From Balanoglossus misakiensis (lineage: Eukaryota; Animalia; Hemichordata): a DNA stretch of 64,000 nucleotides. The notes beneath the pieces are model-generated. The model was not told the DNA's origin, did no database searches, and worked only from the letters and a program-made list of their open reading frames with translations. Location: contig CM082591.2 of assembly GCA_040954595.2 (NCBI GenBank), forward strand, positions 6,284,266 through 6,348,265, written 5' to 3'. Position numbers and translations under genes: made by a program. Shown one piece after another: positions 35,824-61,643 of this stretch. How positions within the stretch are numbered: the stretch's first letter is position 1; each line of letters opens with the position of its first letter.

Positions 35824-36268
35824 AGGTTATTACGAAAATACCGCAAAGTATGCACGAGGACATTAGCGCTGAGTATCGCCCGACGCGTAGCGGAGGGCGA
35901 TGCGCTGCGCTAATGTCCGAGTGCATACTTTGCGGTATTTTCGTAATAACCTTATTATTATACATCTTACATCTCCGATAGTTCTTGTTTTGCATGTTAC
36001 TTGGCTTTCAAAACGCCCAAAATGCCGATACAATCGATCGAAAACCGCTCAGTGAGCAGCCATCTTTCTTTTTTGTTTACGTACGTGCGCGTGCGTTGGA
36101 ATGCGGGCGCCTTGAAACCGTCCGCATAACAGCGCATACCTGTACACGGTGAGTTTGGGGCGCCTTGAAACTAAGGCTTATTTAACGCGCGTTCCGTACG
36201 TACCGTTCCGTACGGCTTTTTATTGCACGCCAAAATCTATTGTTCTCGGCACTAGATGTATAATAATA
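35824..36268. mobile_element. Non-autonomous element with a 129-bp terminal palindrome and a second inverted-repeat pair (possibly Crypton-like)
   Basis: AGGTTATTACGAAAATACCGCAAAGTATGCAC...GTGCATACTTTGCGGTATTTTCGTAATAACCT (35824-35952), then TATTATTATACATCT (35953) ... AGATGTATAATAATA (36268). CpG-rich relative to its flanks. Confidence 0.55.
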
Positions 36269-36952
36269 GAAATTAATGTCATGTCAATTTGACTTTTTTT
36301 CGCTGCAAATAGGACTACGGACTATTTCAGATATTTTATTTATGTACAATAAAAACTATATATATGTGGCTGCATTGTTATTTTTATGCAAGGAATGATT
36401 GGGTTGTTGTAGGTTAGACTTGAACGTATGGGGTTAAAAGCTGCAATATTTTGACATGGCATTGTGGAATTTGATTTGTCAATCTATTAGATTCACCTTG
36501 TAAAATTTTAAAAATTCAATGCCAAAGAGATTATTGCTTATATGCATATATGTAAATAGGAATTCATATATACAATAATTGAGTAATTCAGTTAAAAACT
36601 CCTTACAGTTGCATACTGCTAATATCTTCTAAGAAAAAAAAATAATTCTGTATGCATTTTGGTGGGAATACCAGGATGTTGAAAATTCATTAGAAAAAAA
36701 TTGTTGAATTTTGTTGAGTACACCTGGGAAGAAATCATTGGATGATAATCTATTCTAAGAGCCGTACAGACCAATCAGAAACATGGTTTTATACAGTTGG
36801 CGAGACGTGGCATACTCCTGTGAAATTGTTCTGCAATTGACACCTGGATGGTTTTTCCAATCACAGTGCAACAGAAAGGGCACATGATTTGAGCTATGGT
36901 TACCACGGTGATCTCATGATGACATGAGTGTTGAAACCTATTTCTTTAATTT

Positions 36953-38842
36953 TCAAGTTATCTTCATATTCTCCATTCCTGCTGTCACCTTGGCGGACGC
37001 AACATCTTGAGAGAAAGACAAAGTAACCAATCAGATGCCTCATCATACTATAACAGAACATGGCAAACAGCGAATCACAATGCAGTTTATATTTTGGGTA
37101 TAAATTGATCAGATTACACAGTGTGCCCGGTTCGTACGGTGGCCATATTGGATTCTGAACTCCCTAGTATAATGGCTGTAAATTAAATCTTGGAATATTT
37201 CACTGCATCAAACAATAATTTTACTCACCATCTTTAAGAGCTTTGGCAAGATGGGGGCATACATTCTCCAGGACTCTGACAAACAGATCAAATGCACCCT
37301 CCTCTTTTTTCAACAATATGTTAACAAGTGTTCTTCTTTTGTTATAGTCTGTTAAAACGTCTTTTTTAATCTCTGCTTCGTCTTCCAATGTGAAAACCTG
37401 GCAATGGACAGTGAAATCTTTAAATGCTCCTCCAGGATTATGTTTGTAGGGAGAGTAAAAAAATGTCTATTTTTGTCGTCGTCTGAGGTTTTGTCTGATG
37501 GACTTATACTATTAATTGATACAAATTACTTAGTTTGAAAAATAATAACTTACATTTGACATACGGTCAAGTACTCTTTGGTATGGAAGGTCGCTGGCAA
37601 AGTTTTCCATGTGCTTTCTTAGTATAGCTTGGTGATAGGCCTTCATACATTGTCTTGTTGAACCTTAAAAATGAGCAGTAAGCAGTCAGGACGTAAGTGG
37701 GTTAATTAAACCGCAGGGGATCATGCAATGCAAACACTTAAACTGGCCAGTAACGTTTGAATTGCTCATTTGCATACGGTTTTTCAACTTTTTTCACAAC
37801 GAAAGTTAAGCAATTTGCAACCCATTTCTGACAATTATTTCACCCCAGGCACATTACTGGTACTATGAGTGTACTACATGTGATTTTTCATGAAGTTTTA
37901 TCGAGAAGAATTTCTTTACTTCCACTGACAAAATTGTGATCACGAAATTCAAAGTGACCTTGAAGTTAAAAAATCAAAAAAAAAATATCAGCCATACCCA
38001 CACAAAAATTAACCCCCTCAGGTTTTAGAAACATTATTAAACTCCTCTATTCATAATTTTGACATGAATATATCCATGCCGAGAGTCAAGGACCACAATT
38101 TACAGTGCCATAGGTCAGTCCTGAGAAGTCAGTCAGCGTGAATAGTGTATAGACTCCATATGTAATATGCTAATGAGAGATAACGACGCGTTGAAAAGGA
38201 AGCCATTACGTCATGGGTTAACATGCGTTGACCTACTTCAATGCATACACATATGGCAAACACGGCTGTACTCGTCGATGGCGAAGGCAATTTTTACACC
38301 GTCATTACTCCACAACGGAGCGGCTCACACTATTATAATTTCATGGTAGCTTAGTTCAATATCTTCCTAACCTACCCAATTTTTTTCAAGACAAGAAATC
38401 TTTGCCGAGAGTCAAGGACCACTATTTAAACCAACATACCGAAACTGTCTATCTCGGAAACGCGTCGTTAAAACTTCACGAAAAATCATCCTATCATTGA
38501 CTATGGTGTTTCATACACGTCATAGAAAAATGGATGCACTACGATCACTTGTAGTACCGAAAATCTCCGTTTGAAAATTTTTCCAACTGGCCGTAACTGC
38601 CACTCAGCGACGTTCACATTCAAATAGATCTCTTTGATCTCACCGCCTTAATTACCCCACTTACGTCCTGACTGTAAGTACACAAGTAAGTTATAAATGT
38701 GTGTGTTTGTTTGTGTGTGTGTGTCTGTCTGTATGTGTGTGTATGTATGTATGTATGTGTGTGTATGTGTGTGTATGTCTGTCTGTCTGTATGTATGTAT
38801 GTATGTATGTATGTATGTATGTACAGTATGTATGTATGTATG

Positions 38843-38873
<31 letters not shown>

Positions 38874-39561
38874 GTATGTATGTATGTATGTATGTATGTA
38901 TGTATGTGTATGTATGTATGTATGTGTATGTATGTATGTATGTATGTATGTATGTATGACTATGTATGTATGTATATGTGTGTTGACCCATTGGGAAAGA
39001 GGGGTGAAAGGGTTCAACAAACAACTCACCACAACTCTTCTTTGCCGCTTTCTGTTTCCCGACATCCTCCCTCCTTCCACCCCCGTTGTCGGCAACAGTC
39101 ACGCCACTTTTTCCCGCCGTCTTCCTCATCTGCTCCAACTCGGACGGATGAAACTTCACACTTCTCTCCAACTGATCGAGGAAGTTCTCCTTCCACGCCT
39201 CCAGGGAATGCAACTGCCTCAGACACCGGGGAAGCTCACTCTCTGGGTGCAGCTTGACCGGAATCAACCTGTACTTCTCACTCGGGTGATTTTTACAGAA
39301 AGTGTCTTCCAAAGTATCCAGACATTTGAAATCCTCTCTGATGTCCGATTCCTCGTCATATCCGATGATTATTTTGTAGCTGTTATCAATAAAGGACTGA
39401 GCTAGCATCATCGATGACAGACCTCCTATCTTATTTCGTTCTTCATTAACACCAAAAAGATCTCTTGATTCAAGAGCTTCTGTTGTTGATATAACCCAGT
39501 CAGTATTGTTTGAGCTGCTGCTGATGTAAAAATCATTTGCATAACTGTGTTTCCTAGCCAT
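36953..39561 (-). CDS. TIR-CARD adaptor-like protein, 4 coding exons, 287 aa
   Basis: Exons 39561-39030, 37663-37554, 37397-37229 and 37005-36953 (GT-AG, phases 1/0/1, 864 nt). TIR: NDFYISSS..NTDWV...LE...ERNKIGG...IDNSYKIII...LIPVKL...LPRCL. CARD-like: MKAYHQAILRKHMENFASDLPYQRVLDRM..VFTLEDEAEI...RRTLVNILLKK..GAFDLFVRVLENVCPHLA. Confidence 0.82.
37683..38674. mobile_element. ~990-bp non-autonomous DNA transposon with 4-bp TSD
   Basis: TAAG|CAGTCAGGACGTAAGTGGG.TAATTAA...TTAATTACCCCACTTACGTCCTGACTG|TAAG. Confidence 0.8.
38698..38982. repeat. (TATG)n/(TG)n microsatellite
   Basis: Direct inspection; it explains the HTYI/MYVC low-complexity ORFs. Confidence 0.97.
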
Positions 39562-41634
39562 GGCTGTTATTTATCCTGTAAAAATAAGAAAATAGCCGCA
39601 ATTCATTACCGTGTAGCGTTGCCATGGCTACAAAGAAGCCGCCATTTTTAAATGCATTCGAAACTGGCAACGCGATGGTTACAGTGGGCCAAGCACGACA
39701 AGTTATGTGGTCCTTGGGGTCGTTTCCTGTTGGTATCATGTTTTCAGTATCACCTTCGAAATTCCACAATATCTGACACTAAAACGACGTACGCTAAATG
39801 TTCAGCAGGTCCAATAACACGACGCCAACAGAAATGCCTCTGCTATGTCGGCCAAACTCTTCGTTACGTTCACTCAATTTACTCATTACTGAAGACGAGA
39901 CAGAACACCACAACCTACCTCGATTCACAACAAAATGCCCCTGATACAATACCACACTCTAGAACCTTTCCAAGCCTTACTTTATCCCCAGTGGCTACGG
40001 TTTGCTCGAGTCGACATGGACAGGCTTGTAGTCCCAGCTGTAGTACATGTACCCGGAAGTTCAAATGAAAAAAATGTAGAAAAGCGGGGTCAAAGTTCAT
40101 AACTCCCCGAACTACCACTGTTAGCCAAAATAATAGTATGCGAGACAAATATCACTCAGATATCAGCCCTACCTTTTGACAGACGTGAAAATCACGACTT
40201 TGTACCTGGCAAGTCAGTACCTTGTGACGTCACAGCGTGTGCACTCTGCATAGCGCCACAGGTGATGTTTATTGACGAAGCCTTTTGTTTTTATGTTTGG
40301 GTTAGATTTCAATCGATTGTATCACACCAGTTTATAGATGAAAAATGTCATTTTTTGTAAATCGTTCATATACATAGGAACTGATCAAAGAGGACCTCAC
40401 ACAAATTGTTTCATACAGAATCATTTATTATGAGAAAAAAATTAGGCAATTAAAAACAGCTTGATCGTTTCAAACACTTCCTCATTCTTTAAAAAAATAT
40501 CAAGTTTTCTTAGAAATGTGCACCACAAGAATTTAAACAACTAAAGGGACTGAAAATACAAAAAAGAAGAAGTAAACAAACACAGAAAACAGAGAAAAAA
40601 AGGCACAGAAATACATTTGAGTTGTAAATGTAAAGTTGCTTCATTGAAAGTACTGTATGGGGAAATTTACATGAATTGTTGTTCCTATTGTTTCCTACAT
40701 GGGAACTCAACACTATGCATATCTTCATATATAACAGGATACCAGTAGAGGAAACGACTTGCCAAAATGTGTTATAAAAATCTCACTTTCCCACTGTCAA
40801 GATTAACAGTAGTTTAATTATAACTGGGACAAAAATTCAATTGTTCATTATTTTACTTTCAAACTAAGATTTGTCTATTGAAATAAAGCTTACTGATCAG
40901 TATACACAAACGCATATGTTTATTCAGCCTTTCAATGTAAAGTAGACATCTTGTGGTACGCACACGTTGAATTTTATCACTGCAAAAGTTTTCCATCGAC
41001 TTAGGATATCAAGAATTTAAAAAGTTCTAAAACATTGTAAAAGTGGCAAGCCACAGTATTTTTGAAATTCAAACTAGCACCAACAATTTGCCAAGTTTGA
41101 AAAATAAAGATTTGAGCATGGCAATGTAAATAAGCAGGATTTAAATCAAAAATTAAAGAACGCACCATTCCTAAAAATAACACCGAGATTTGTGTAATTA
41201 CGTAGTTTTCATGGAAAACCACCAGAAAAATATGACTACCCTTTGTAAAACGCTTTGAAAAAATATGTCAGAGGGCACACTGATACATATAACATCATAC
41301 CAGGCAGAGATCAGAAAATTAATATACCTAAGATCCTTGCACAAGATATTTTACAAATTGTCACAGTACTTCTAATAAAAATTTGACAATTTGAACATCA
41401 AATATGGAAGTCCACGACCATGTACACATAAACAAAAAAAAACAAAACAAAAAATACAGACATCAAACTATAGAGGGCGGTATAACATCAAAATGACATC
41501 ACAATGAAACAAACATATATTTTTACATACATCAATTTGTACTTAAAACTACCAAGATAGGTACTTGATATCTTTAGAAGATAACAATTTTATAAATATA
41601 GAAAATAGACTTTATCCGTAAAGGTTCGTAGAAA

Positions 41635-54282
<12,648 letters not shown>

Positions 54283-54841
54283 TGTGTTTTGGTCGGTGGC
54301 GAAACTGAAAACTTATCAACAAGTGACAGAATATGAGACAGACACTGACTCGACAGTCGCACGTCTATCGGACAGTAAGAGAAGCAAGGTCGCACACTGA
54401 CACCGACTGGATTGTCCTTAACCGACTTCGGACAATAGAAGTCTCTGTTCTCCCGTCCAAATATATTCACGGCGAAACAATTGGGAAATACAGTCAGACG
54501 GAGAGAATACAACCATTCATCTCAACTCCAGCTTCTATTCACAACATAAGCTGTATGTGTATCACATGACCGTGAGACTTTCGGACTCTACCATTTTATA
54601 ATAGGGGCGCAATGATGCAGGTCGGCCTGGTTGGAGGGATACACACACATACACACTACTCTCTCTCTCTCTTCACATCACATAAGGCCTTTTACACCAT
54701 CTGCATTTTATAAGATAAAACGACTTGATATCCTGCCACTTCTCAAGATGAAATCTGTCCTGGTGAATGTGCGGGAATGGTTTCACTGTCAATATCAGCA
54801 TGATCAGTGAGTGGGTGGTTTTTTGGGAGGGTGTATCATTA

Positions 54842-55015
54842 TAGGGAGCTTAGGAAATGATGATGATAAATAATAATAAAAAATGTAAAAAAAAAAACAA
54901 TATGTCATTTCTTGCTGTTTGTCGATGTTGCAGATAACTGTAAAAAACACCTTAATCGTGGAAAACACGACCTAGGTCGCCCAACGTCACGCATCATCAT
55001 TTCCTAAGCTCCCTA
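54842..55015. mobile_element. MITE with TAGGGAGCTTAGGAAATGATGATG TIRs
   Basis: 24-bp inverted repeats at both ends. Confidence 0.75.
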
Positions 55016-55964
55016 TGGGTGTATGAGATGGATGGATTGACAAACAGCTAAGATGCATGATCACGAATTATAAAATTTAAACATATCGCGATATCCACGG
55101 AGAGTAGATTCTCTCTCAACTGAACTGGTATCCATTAACATTTAAGGATGTGTTGGCCGACTTAATGTAAGAAATTGAAAAGGCCTGATGAAAGAACTTG
55201 ATTAATACAACATTGTGTTGTACAAGGTCTCATCATATATCCAGCGATGCGCACGTGTCCGGTTAGTCTCGCTTCCAGACCCTCGTCGCTTCGCAAAGTG
55301 CGCCGCGAGTGGTAGGATTTGGCTGGCAGACGCTGTACAAACGCAACGTACAGGGCGGAGCATGGTATTCAAATTGATCTATTAAATATTCATTCCAAAA
55401 AATCACAACATTGACACGTGTTTCTGAGACCCTGATAGTTACAAGGAGCTCGTTGCAAATGTACATTGTAGTCTGTGACCATTCTGAAAACTCCCGTGAA
55501 AATATACGGAGAGTTTGTGAAGCGCGGCATCAGATCTCCACTTCAAGAAAAAAATATTGTCAGAAGGCCAAAACGTTTAGCATACAAACTTAACCTTGAC
55601 ATCGTGTGAGAAGTGACTGTGCGTCCACTTGCATCGAAGAAGCTTGAAAAAATTGGTAACGCGGTGAGTTTTTTTCTGTTTTGTTTTGTTTTTCGCACGC
55701 CGTTGTTTTTTCATAGCTGATTTGTTTCATCACAAGCATTACTTTGCCAGAATACATTTATTGGTAGTCTTGCTCACGCGACACCTTGCGTTACGATGCC
55801 TTGTAGTCTTGACTTGATACTGACCGTTCGATCGATAGAAGTATTCACGTACGTATCTATACGATATAGTATACGAGGACTTTGTTTTATTCGGCATCTG
55901 TATTTTACACCTTGGCATATTTTTCTCACGATACATGCCTCACAGATAAACGATGTCAGGAAAG

Positions 55965-56277
55965 GCCGTAGATGTCGCAAACTCGAGACGTGTTGTTAGA
56001 ATGCGACTCTTTTGTGATAGAAAATACATGTTTAACAAACACTCAGAAACTAACAAACACTCCCGATAAAAAAAAACACAAAATAAAACAGCAAAAATAT
56101 GAGCGAGGCTACTTTCAGAGTATTCACCAATAAAACTGGCACACGACCTTAAATGACCTTTGTCTTACACAGTGCCGTAGATGTTGCAAACTCGAGACGT
56201 GTTGTTGGTATGCGACTCTTTTGTGATAGAAAATACATGTTTAACAAACACTCAGAAACTAACAAACACTCCCGATA
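55965..56277. repeat. ~105-bp direct duplication (55965-56069 / 56174-56278)
   Basis: GCCGTAGATGT.GCAAACTCGAGACGTGTTGTT...AAACACTCCCGATA occurs twice. Confidence 0.9.
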
Positions 56278-59200
56278 CTTGGAGACTGAAAGTTTTAGTT
56301 CATACCCCGTGTACATGATACAGCTTTATATACTAGAACATTTGGAGCATTATGTGCATAACAAACAGCGCCCTCTAAGGACCAGTCTCACATTTCTTCG
56401 TTTTTGATGCGAATGAAGGAAGGGTGACATCGTCATGGCAACCAACCATTCTCTCCGATGCCCATCTGCCCCCTGCACGGAAAATGCTAAGAGCGTTCTT
56501 TGACAAAAATTGGTGAAATTGATATATGCCACTTTTTTTTTTACTTTTTCTGCACCAAGGCAGAGAAGTACATACTCAAGATTAGAAACATTGTCACACA
56601 CAAAACAAAATTTACTGAAAATATATACTGAACAGTTAGGCCTACACCTATTTATGGAGCTTTAAAATATCCAGGAACAAAATTCACCATTATGTAAATT
56701 CTTCATGAACGCAGTATAGGGAGTGAAACAGGGTTATCAAGCATGGCGCAGGTGTAGTGCACTGATTATAGCAGTACAGCTCTAGGATCAAGCGCCTACT
56801 AATATTTGAAAGAAATTCTTAGTGTGACATAGGTTTCGAATTTCATGGCGTTTTCTTTTGCGGTTCTGCCAAATAATGAGAAACTTCACAATATTTTCAA
56901 TTAACATCAAGGTGCGTGCTTTTGTTGAAACATTTGCCATGTTTGCGTCGTTATAAATACCGACACATGCGCACTGTTGATATATCGTTTCATATCTTGT
57001 ATGTCATCTGCCCATTACATCTAGTGCAAACACGTTGGGTAGAGACCAGACTATCTGCACACATTAATTTAACATAGTTGTGGATCAGGATATCGGTAAA
57101 ACTAAGGCAAATATCCGGATCTTGTCCGCATACTCTGACAAGTCGTACGTACCCTAATTAGTGGAAATTATTAACAACATACAGAGAAACGATACTTGCT
57201 TCTCATTATGAAAACTGTCGTCTGCAGTGGTCGCCATCTTGACAGGTTGAGTTTTGGTTTAATTTATGACCCTTTTCCATCCCCTTCAAGCTAACAGAGT
57301 ATCCGTTATATCATTTGATAAACATTAAAACCTCTCTTTTGGCACCTTCTGTGGACATTTCACGCAAATAGAGATATTATCGCAACAGTTTCTCAAAATT
57401 ATACACATAAGGCTACGGATGTGATAACTAACCACTCACTCAGTACGTATCGATTGATCAGTATATAAGTCTCTGGGTGTTATTACCCAAAATAGATATG
57501 GGTCAGATTATGAAGATATTCCAAATAGATAACAGAAACTGATTTCCTCATAGAAGGTAAATATGGTCAGCGCGTTAGACTGCAGAGAAAAAAAACGTCA
57601 TTTTGGAAAGGGCGTCAAGCGATTTTTTTTTTCATTTTTAGAACAATTTAAAATTGTTATACTGAAGGCTTATTTCTATAGGTAGGGGATAGTTCTATTG
57701 CTATTTTCTAGAGATTTGTTACATAAAGAAAGGGTCAAAGTTCGGGTGATTAATATTGAGCCTAGCCCAGGTGAAAATGACTCATTTTGAGTAAATCGGA
57801 CGCTCATATAAAAGAGGAACAATAACCGCAAATTGCAATGTATGTTTTTCACTAGTTTTTTTATTTAGGAAATTCCAAGCAGCAGGCTCAATCTCTATAA
57901 TTAAAATGACAATAATTCCAAAAGAAGAACTGAACGTAGAGGGACAATGCTAAGCTGGACTTCTTCTTGGCATTGCGGTGTTGTTAGGAACCGTTACCGG
58001 ACCCGACAAAAAGACAAATACATGTATAAATCATTGTTGGGTCTGTTCACATGAAATTATTGGTTCAGGGTGCGTGTTGTGGATGGATCTGGCTGCGTTG
58101 TGTGTAAGTTAAGCTGCCACAGTACGTATATAACCGAGGGGGAAATTTAACCGGCTTGGCTTTATACGCACCGACAAAAAGGTAATATCACACCAAGTTG
58201 TCGCCAAAAATTCAATTCTGCATCACTGATCATTTCACCTTTCTGACAACCTCTGACCGTGTTTGCATTGCCGTACCGGCATCAACTCTAATCACTGACG
58301 GGAACTATACACGCCGAATGATGCTATAAATCACCTGGATTTTTGATGGATTGTATCGACACAGCGGTTCAGTTTTGAGTTTTCAACGCGACTCGGCAAA
58401 TGCACATTGAAGAGAACGATTGAGAGAGTATGTCTTTAAAGTATAAAAACCTCCTAGTACGTCGAAACAACTCGACAGCTAATTGCGTCTAGGGAGGCGG
58501 GGCATAGCAACCGTATAGCCGAGCTCTCTCCAGACATGCGCCGCTTGTAGGGAAGTGGGGCCAATAAAACCGAAAGGTTTTAACATATACGAAACACGGA
58601 AGTGACCTCATTCCATAGCACATACGAACACGATTCAAGTCTAAGGTTGATCTTATCCGTCTGCAGTCAACGACAAGGTATGTATTCTACCCAACGCCGC
58701 GTTTATACTTTATAACCTATAGGCACATCACCAAAAAATCGACGAGTTTAATTTTTTTTCCTATACGCGTATTTCCCCCTCGTGCACCCTCATAGATGGA
58801 AAGAAATCAAAAGCGAGATTTGACATGAACAATCCCCAGTGTCAACTTCTGTTTTAGCTTGACCATTTTGCTGTATCCACGTGGTGTGAATAACCTGCCC
58901 CCGGGGGGGGGGGGGGGGTCTGTGGCAGAATTTGTATAATCCCCGACACGATAAAATTATGTCAGCCATTTTATCAACGAAACTAGCCAGTACTATTAAA
59001 ACGTCATACATTTTTACTACGGATTTGTCGTGGTAATCTGAATATATTCAAAATTGGACTGATTGACAGAGATTATATTTGCTTTCTTGGCATTATATTT
59101 CAGAAAATGACATATTCCTCACTATGCAAACACTAACCTTGGGTCATTGACTACACATGCTTTAAAAGAAGAAATATTATATTTAAAAATTCCACATCGT

Positions 59201-60261
59201 TGCCACCGATATTTTGGGGGCCAAGATGGCAACCTTATGTTCAACCGGGTCAACCAGAACAGAGTAATTTCGATTATCTGTATTTAATATCGATTTTTTT
59301 TTCACGTGACCTCGAACCTTCTCGTTTATTACGCATGCCGCCTTTTTAGTGTTCTGTGTGTAACCGTATACGAGGCCACTTTCTCGTGATGTTGTTTTCA
59401 AAATGAGGCTAGTACAAATGGCTGTCCTTAATTCGTCATTATCTATATAGCTTCTCTTTAAAACATGTGGTACAAAAACTAACAATATCCAAGAAATTTG
59501 AGCAGCACTGTCACTCTGGCTCGTGTGCAGATCTAGACAAGACGCACAGCCTTGGACAGTCGAGCGAAGTGCAGCTTTTATGATGCAATGGCGGTCTTTT
59601 GTCCTGTATAAATGCGGACAGCTTGCGGTGAATGCGGGCGGGTGAGCTTGACCTCGCAGTCGTATTGACGATACAATGAACGAATATCACGTTGCAGCCA
59701 TTCAAACAGACGCCTCCAACGGTAAAAAAATGACAGTGTCACAATAAAAGGGAATTCTTGCAAGAGGCTTTTGCCGTCTCGCAGTACGTTGGTTATTTAT
59801 GCATTAGATGTATTTTATTTTCACACGAACACGTTTCCATGGCAACCATTTACAATAGAAAAGGAATTAAGGGAAATTTTAATTTGTCATGATTGATTTG
59901 ATTAGTTTTTGTTCCGTGTCAAATAGTGAGAATACAGAATATTTTCACTGTGTACCCGGAACTACTTTTGAGAACGCGCTAAATCATCGCACTAATAGTG
60001 TTGTGGTGAACTGGCTCAACGTCGTATAATAATGAAATCAGATGTTTTGTTGGGTTATAGATATACATGATATAAGTGGGCATCGTCGTTGACGTTTTCA
60101 AACACCTACGGTTTCCATAGTGATTTGTGTATTTTATGAGATAAGAAACCAGACGTGATGCAAATTACTTTTCGTTTCTCAATTCATGTATTCCACGCCC
60201 TGTTCATGAGTGTAATTCTTTTTTTTTATTTTCAAAGAATAGCCAACTGGAAAAATACAGA

Positions 60262-61077
60262 ATGCTGAGGCCCACGTCGGATTCACCCTGGAAATTCAGG
60301 GCAGCTGTGCCTTTCATCGTCTGCCTTGCCTTCTTTGGAATCGTTAACTTCGTACACTTTGCAGCGCTGAAACATTGGGATCCGAAACCACCGGTGGACC
60401 GGCAGAACTGCCGATGTCCGTGTTGGGACACGGTCTTCAAGGGCATTTATGAACATCCACCGTCACGCTACAAACACGTGTACTTCAACGTCACAGTGCA
60501 GACGTACAAAATGTGGTTGCTGACTGTGTTCGCCATCTTGGTTACATACGAAGTCATCCGCTACGTTGTCCGGGTTCTGTGGTCAGGACGTTTTCGAGCC
60601 TCCATGTTGGTTTTATTGCTAAGCACGGTTCACAGCCATTACTATTCTTGGTGGGGTTTTTGGGGATACATGAACGACGAGTTTTACCCACAATGGAACC
60701 ATCAGATGATGTTTACTTTGACAGAGGGAATCTCTACGGCTGTGACGTTACATCTCCTGAATGGTGACGTCACCATGGAGTCGCAACACTTGCTAACAAT
60801 GTTGTCCATCGCCATTTTACACCTTCTGGCCAGTGGAGTGGACCAGTTGATAGCCAATGTAGTCCTCCGCAGAGGAATGCATCATCAAGTAGTTCGCGAT
60901 CTTGGCTTTTTCACAGGGGATTTCCTATATTTTACAATTTCGATAGCATATTTATATTTCTACATGACCAACAACAGGTTGTCCCTAGCTAAGTATATGT
61001 CTGAGCACAAAAAAGAGTTATTAATGTCGTTTGCTTTCATTTCGTTGATGTTTTTGATTTCCACCTATGTCCTTTAG
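60262..61077 (+). CDS. Uncharacterised multi-pass membrane protein, copy 1 (271 aa)
   Basis: Intact single coding exon. CxCxCWDTVFKGxYE...YKHVYFN and HSHYYSWW...NDEFY.QWNHQ.MF..TE resemble an uncharacterised family I recall from many invertebrates (from memory, not searched). About 6-7 hydrophobic segments. Confidence 0.88.
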   Translation: MLRPTSDSPWKFRAAVPFIVCLAFFGIVNFVHFAALKHWDPKPPVDRQNCRCPCWDTVFKGIYEHPPSRYKHVYFNVTVQTYKMWLLTVFAILVTYEVIRYVVRVLWSGRFRASMLVLLLSTVHSHYYSWWGFWGYMNDEFYPQWNHQMMFTLTEGISTAVTLHLLNGDVTMESQHLLTMLSIAILHLLASGVDQLIANVVLRRGMHHQVVRDLGFFTGDFLYFTISIAYLYFYMTNNRLSLAKYMSEHKKELLMSFAFISLMFLISTYVL

Positions 61078-61643
61078 ACTGCTATAAATTCAAGCTAACA
61101 TCGGTGCTCCTTCATTCATGGCGTAACTGCACTGTTCAGGCGCCATTTCTGTACCAACAACCAGTTTACACATAGGACTTTTAAAATAAAATAAAATTCA
61201 ATTCTGGACAATGTTTTTTTATCATCCGAACTCTGCACATACGATTCTCGCCATGTTGCAAAAAATGCGGTTCAGTTTTTGAATACATTTTCCCGTATTT
61301 CAAAAGCAATCATCTCGCGTGAAAATAAGCATACTCTCGCCTGCCGTTTATATCTTCTAAATATAATTTCGCTCTCTGGTGGGGAACTAATTTTAAGAAC
61401 GCGTCGTATAATATCGAAGTCAGATGGTGTAGCTGTAAGCCGAATGCACTGCTGTAGTTTACACTTACAACTTATGCGGAGTGTTGGCCGTAGGTTCAGA
61501 TCACGGTAATTTGTGCGGTAACACATAACCCCTAAGTATTTTATGGGATTTGAACAGGGAACATACAATCACTTTTCTTTTCTCAATTCATGAGTGTAAA
61601 TTCTTGATTAATTCCAAATAACATCCACTTGGAAAAATACGGT

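Noticed and set aside
55100-60100. Short ORFs between cax1 and the 60-kb gene
   Set aside because: No homology or consistent exon chain; probably intron, promoter and 5' UTR sequence, with only a possible non-coding exon donor near 58678.
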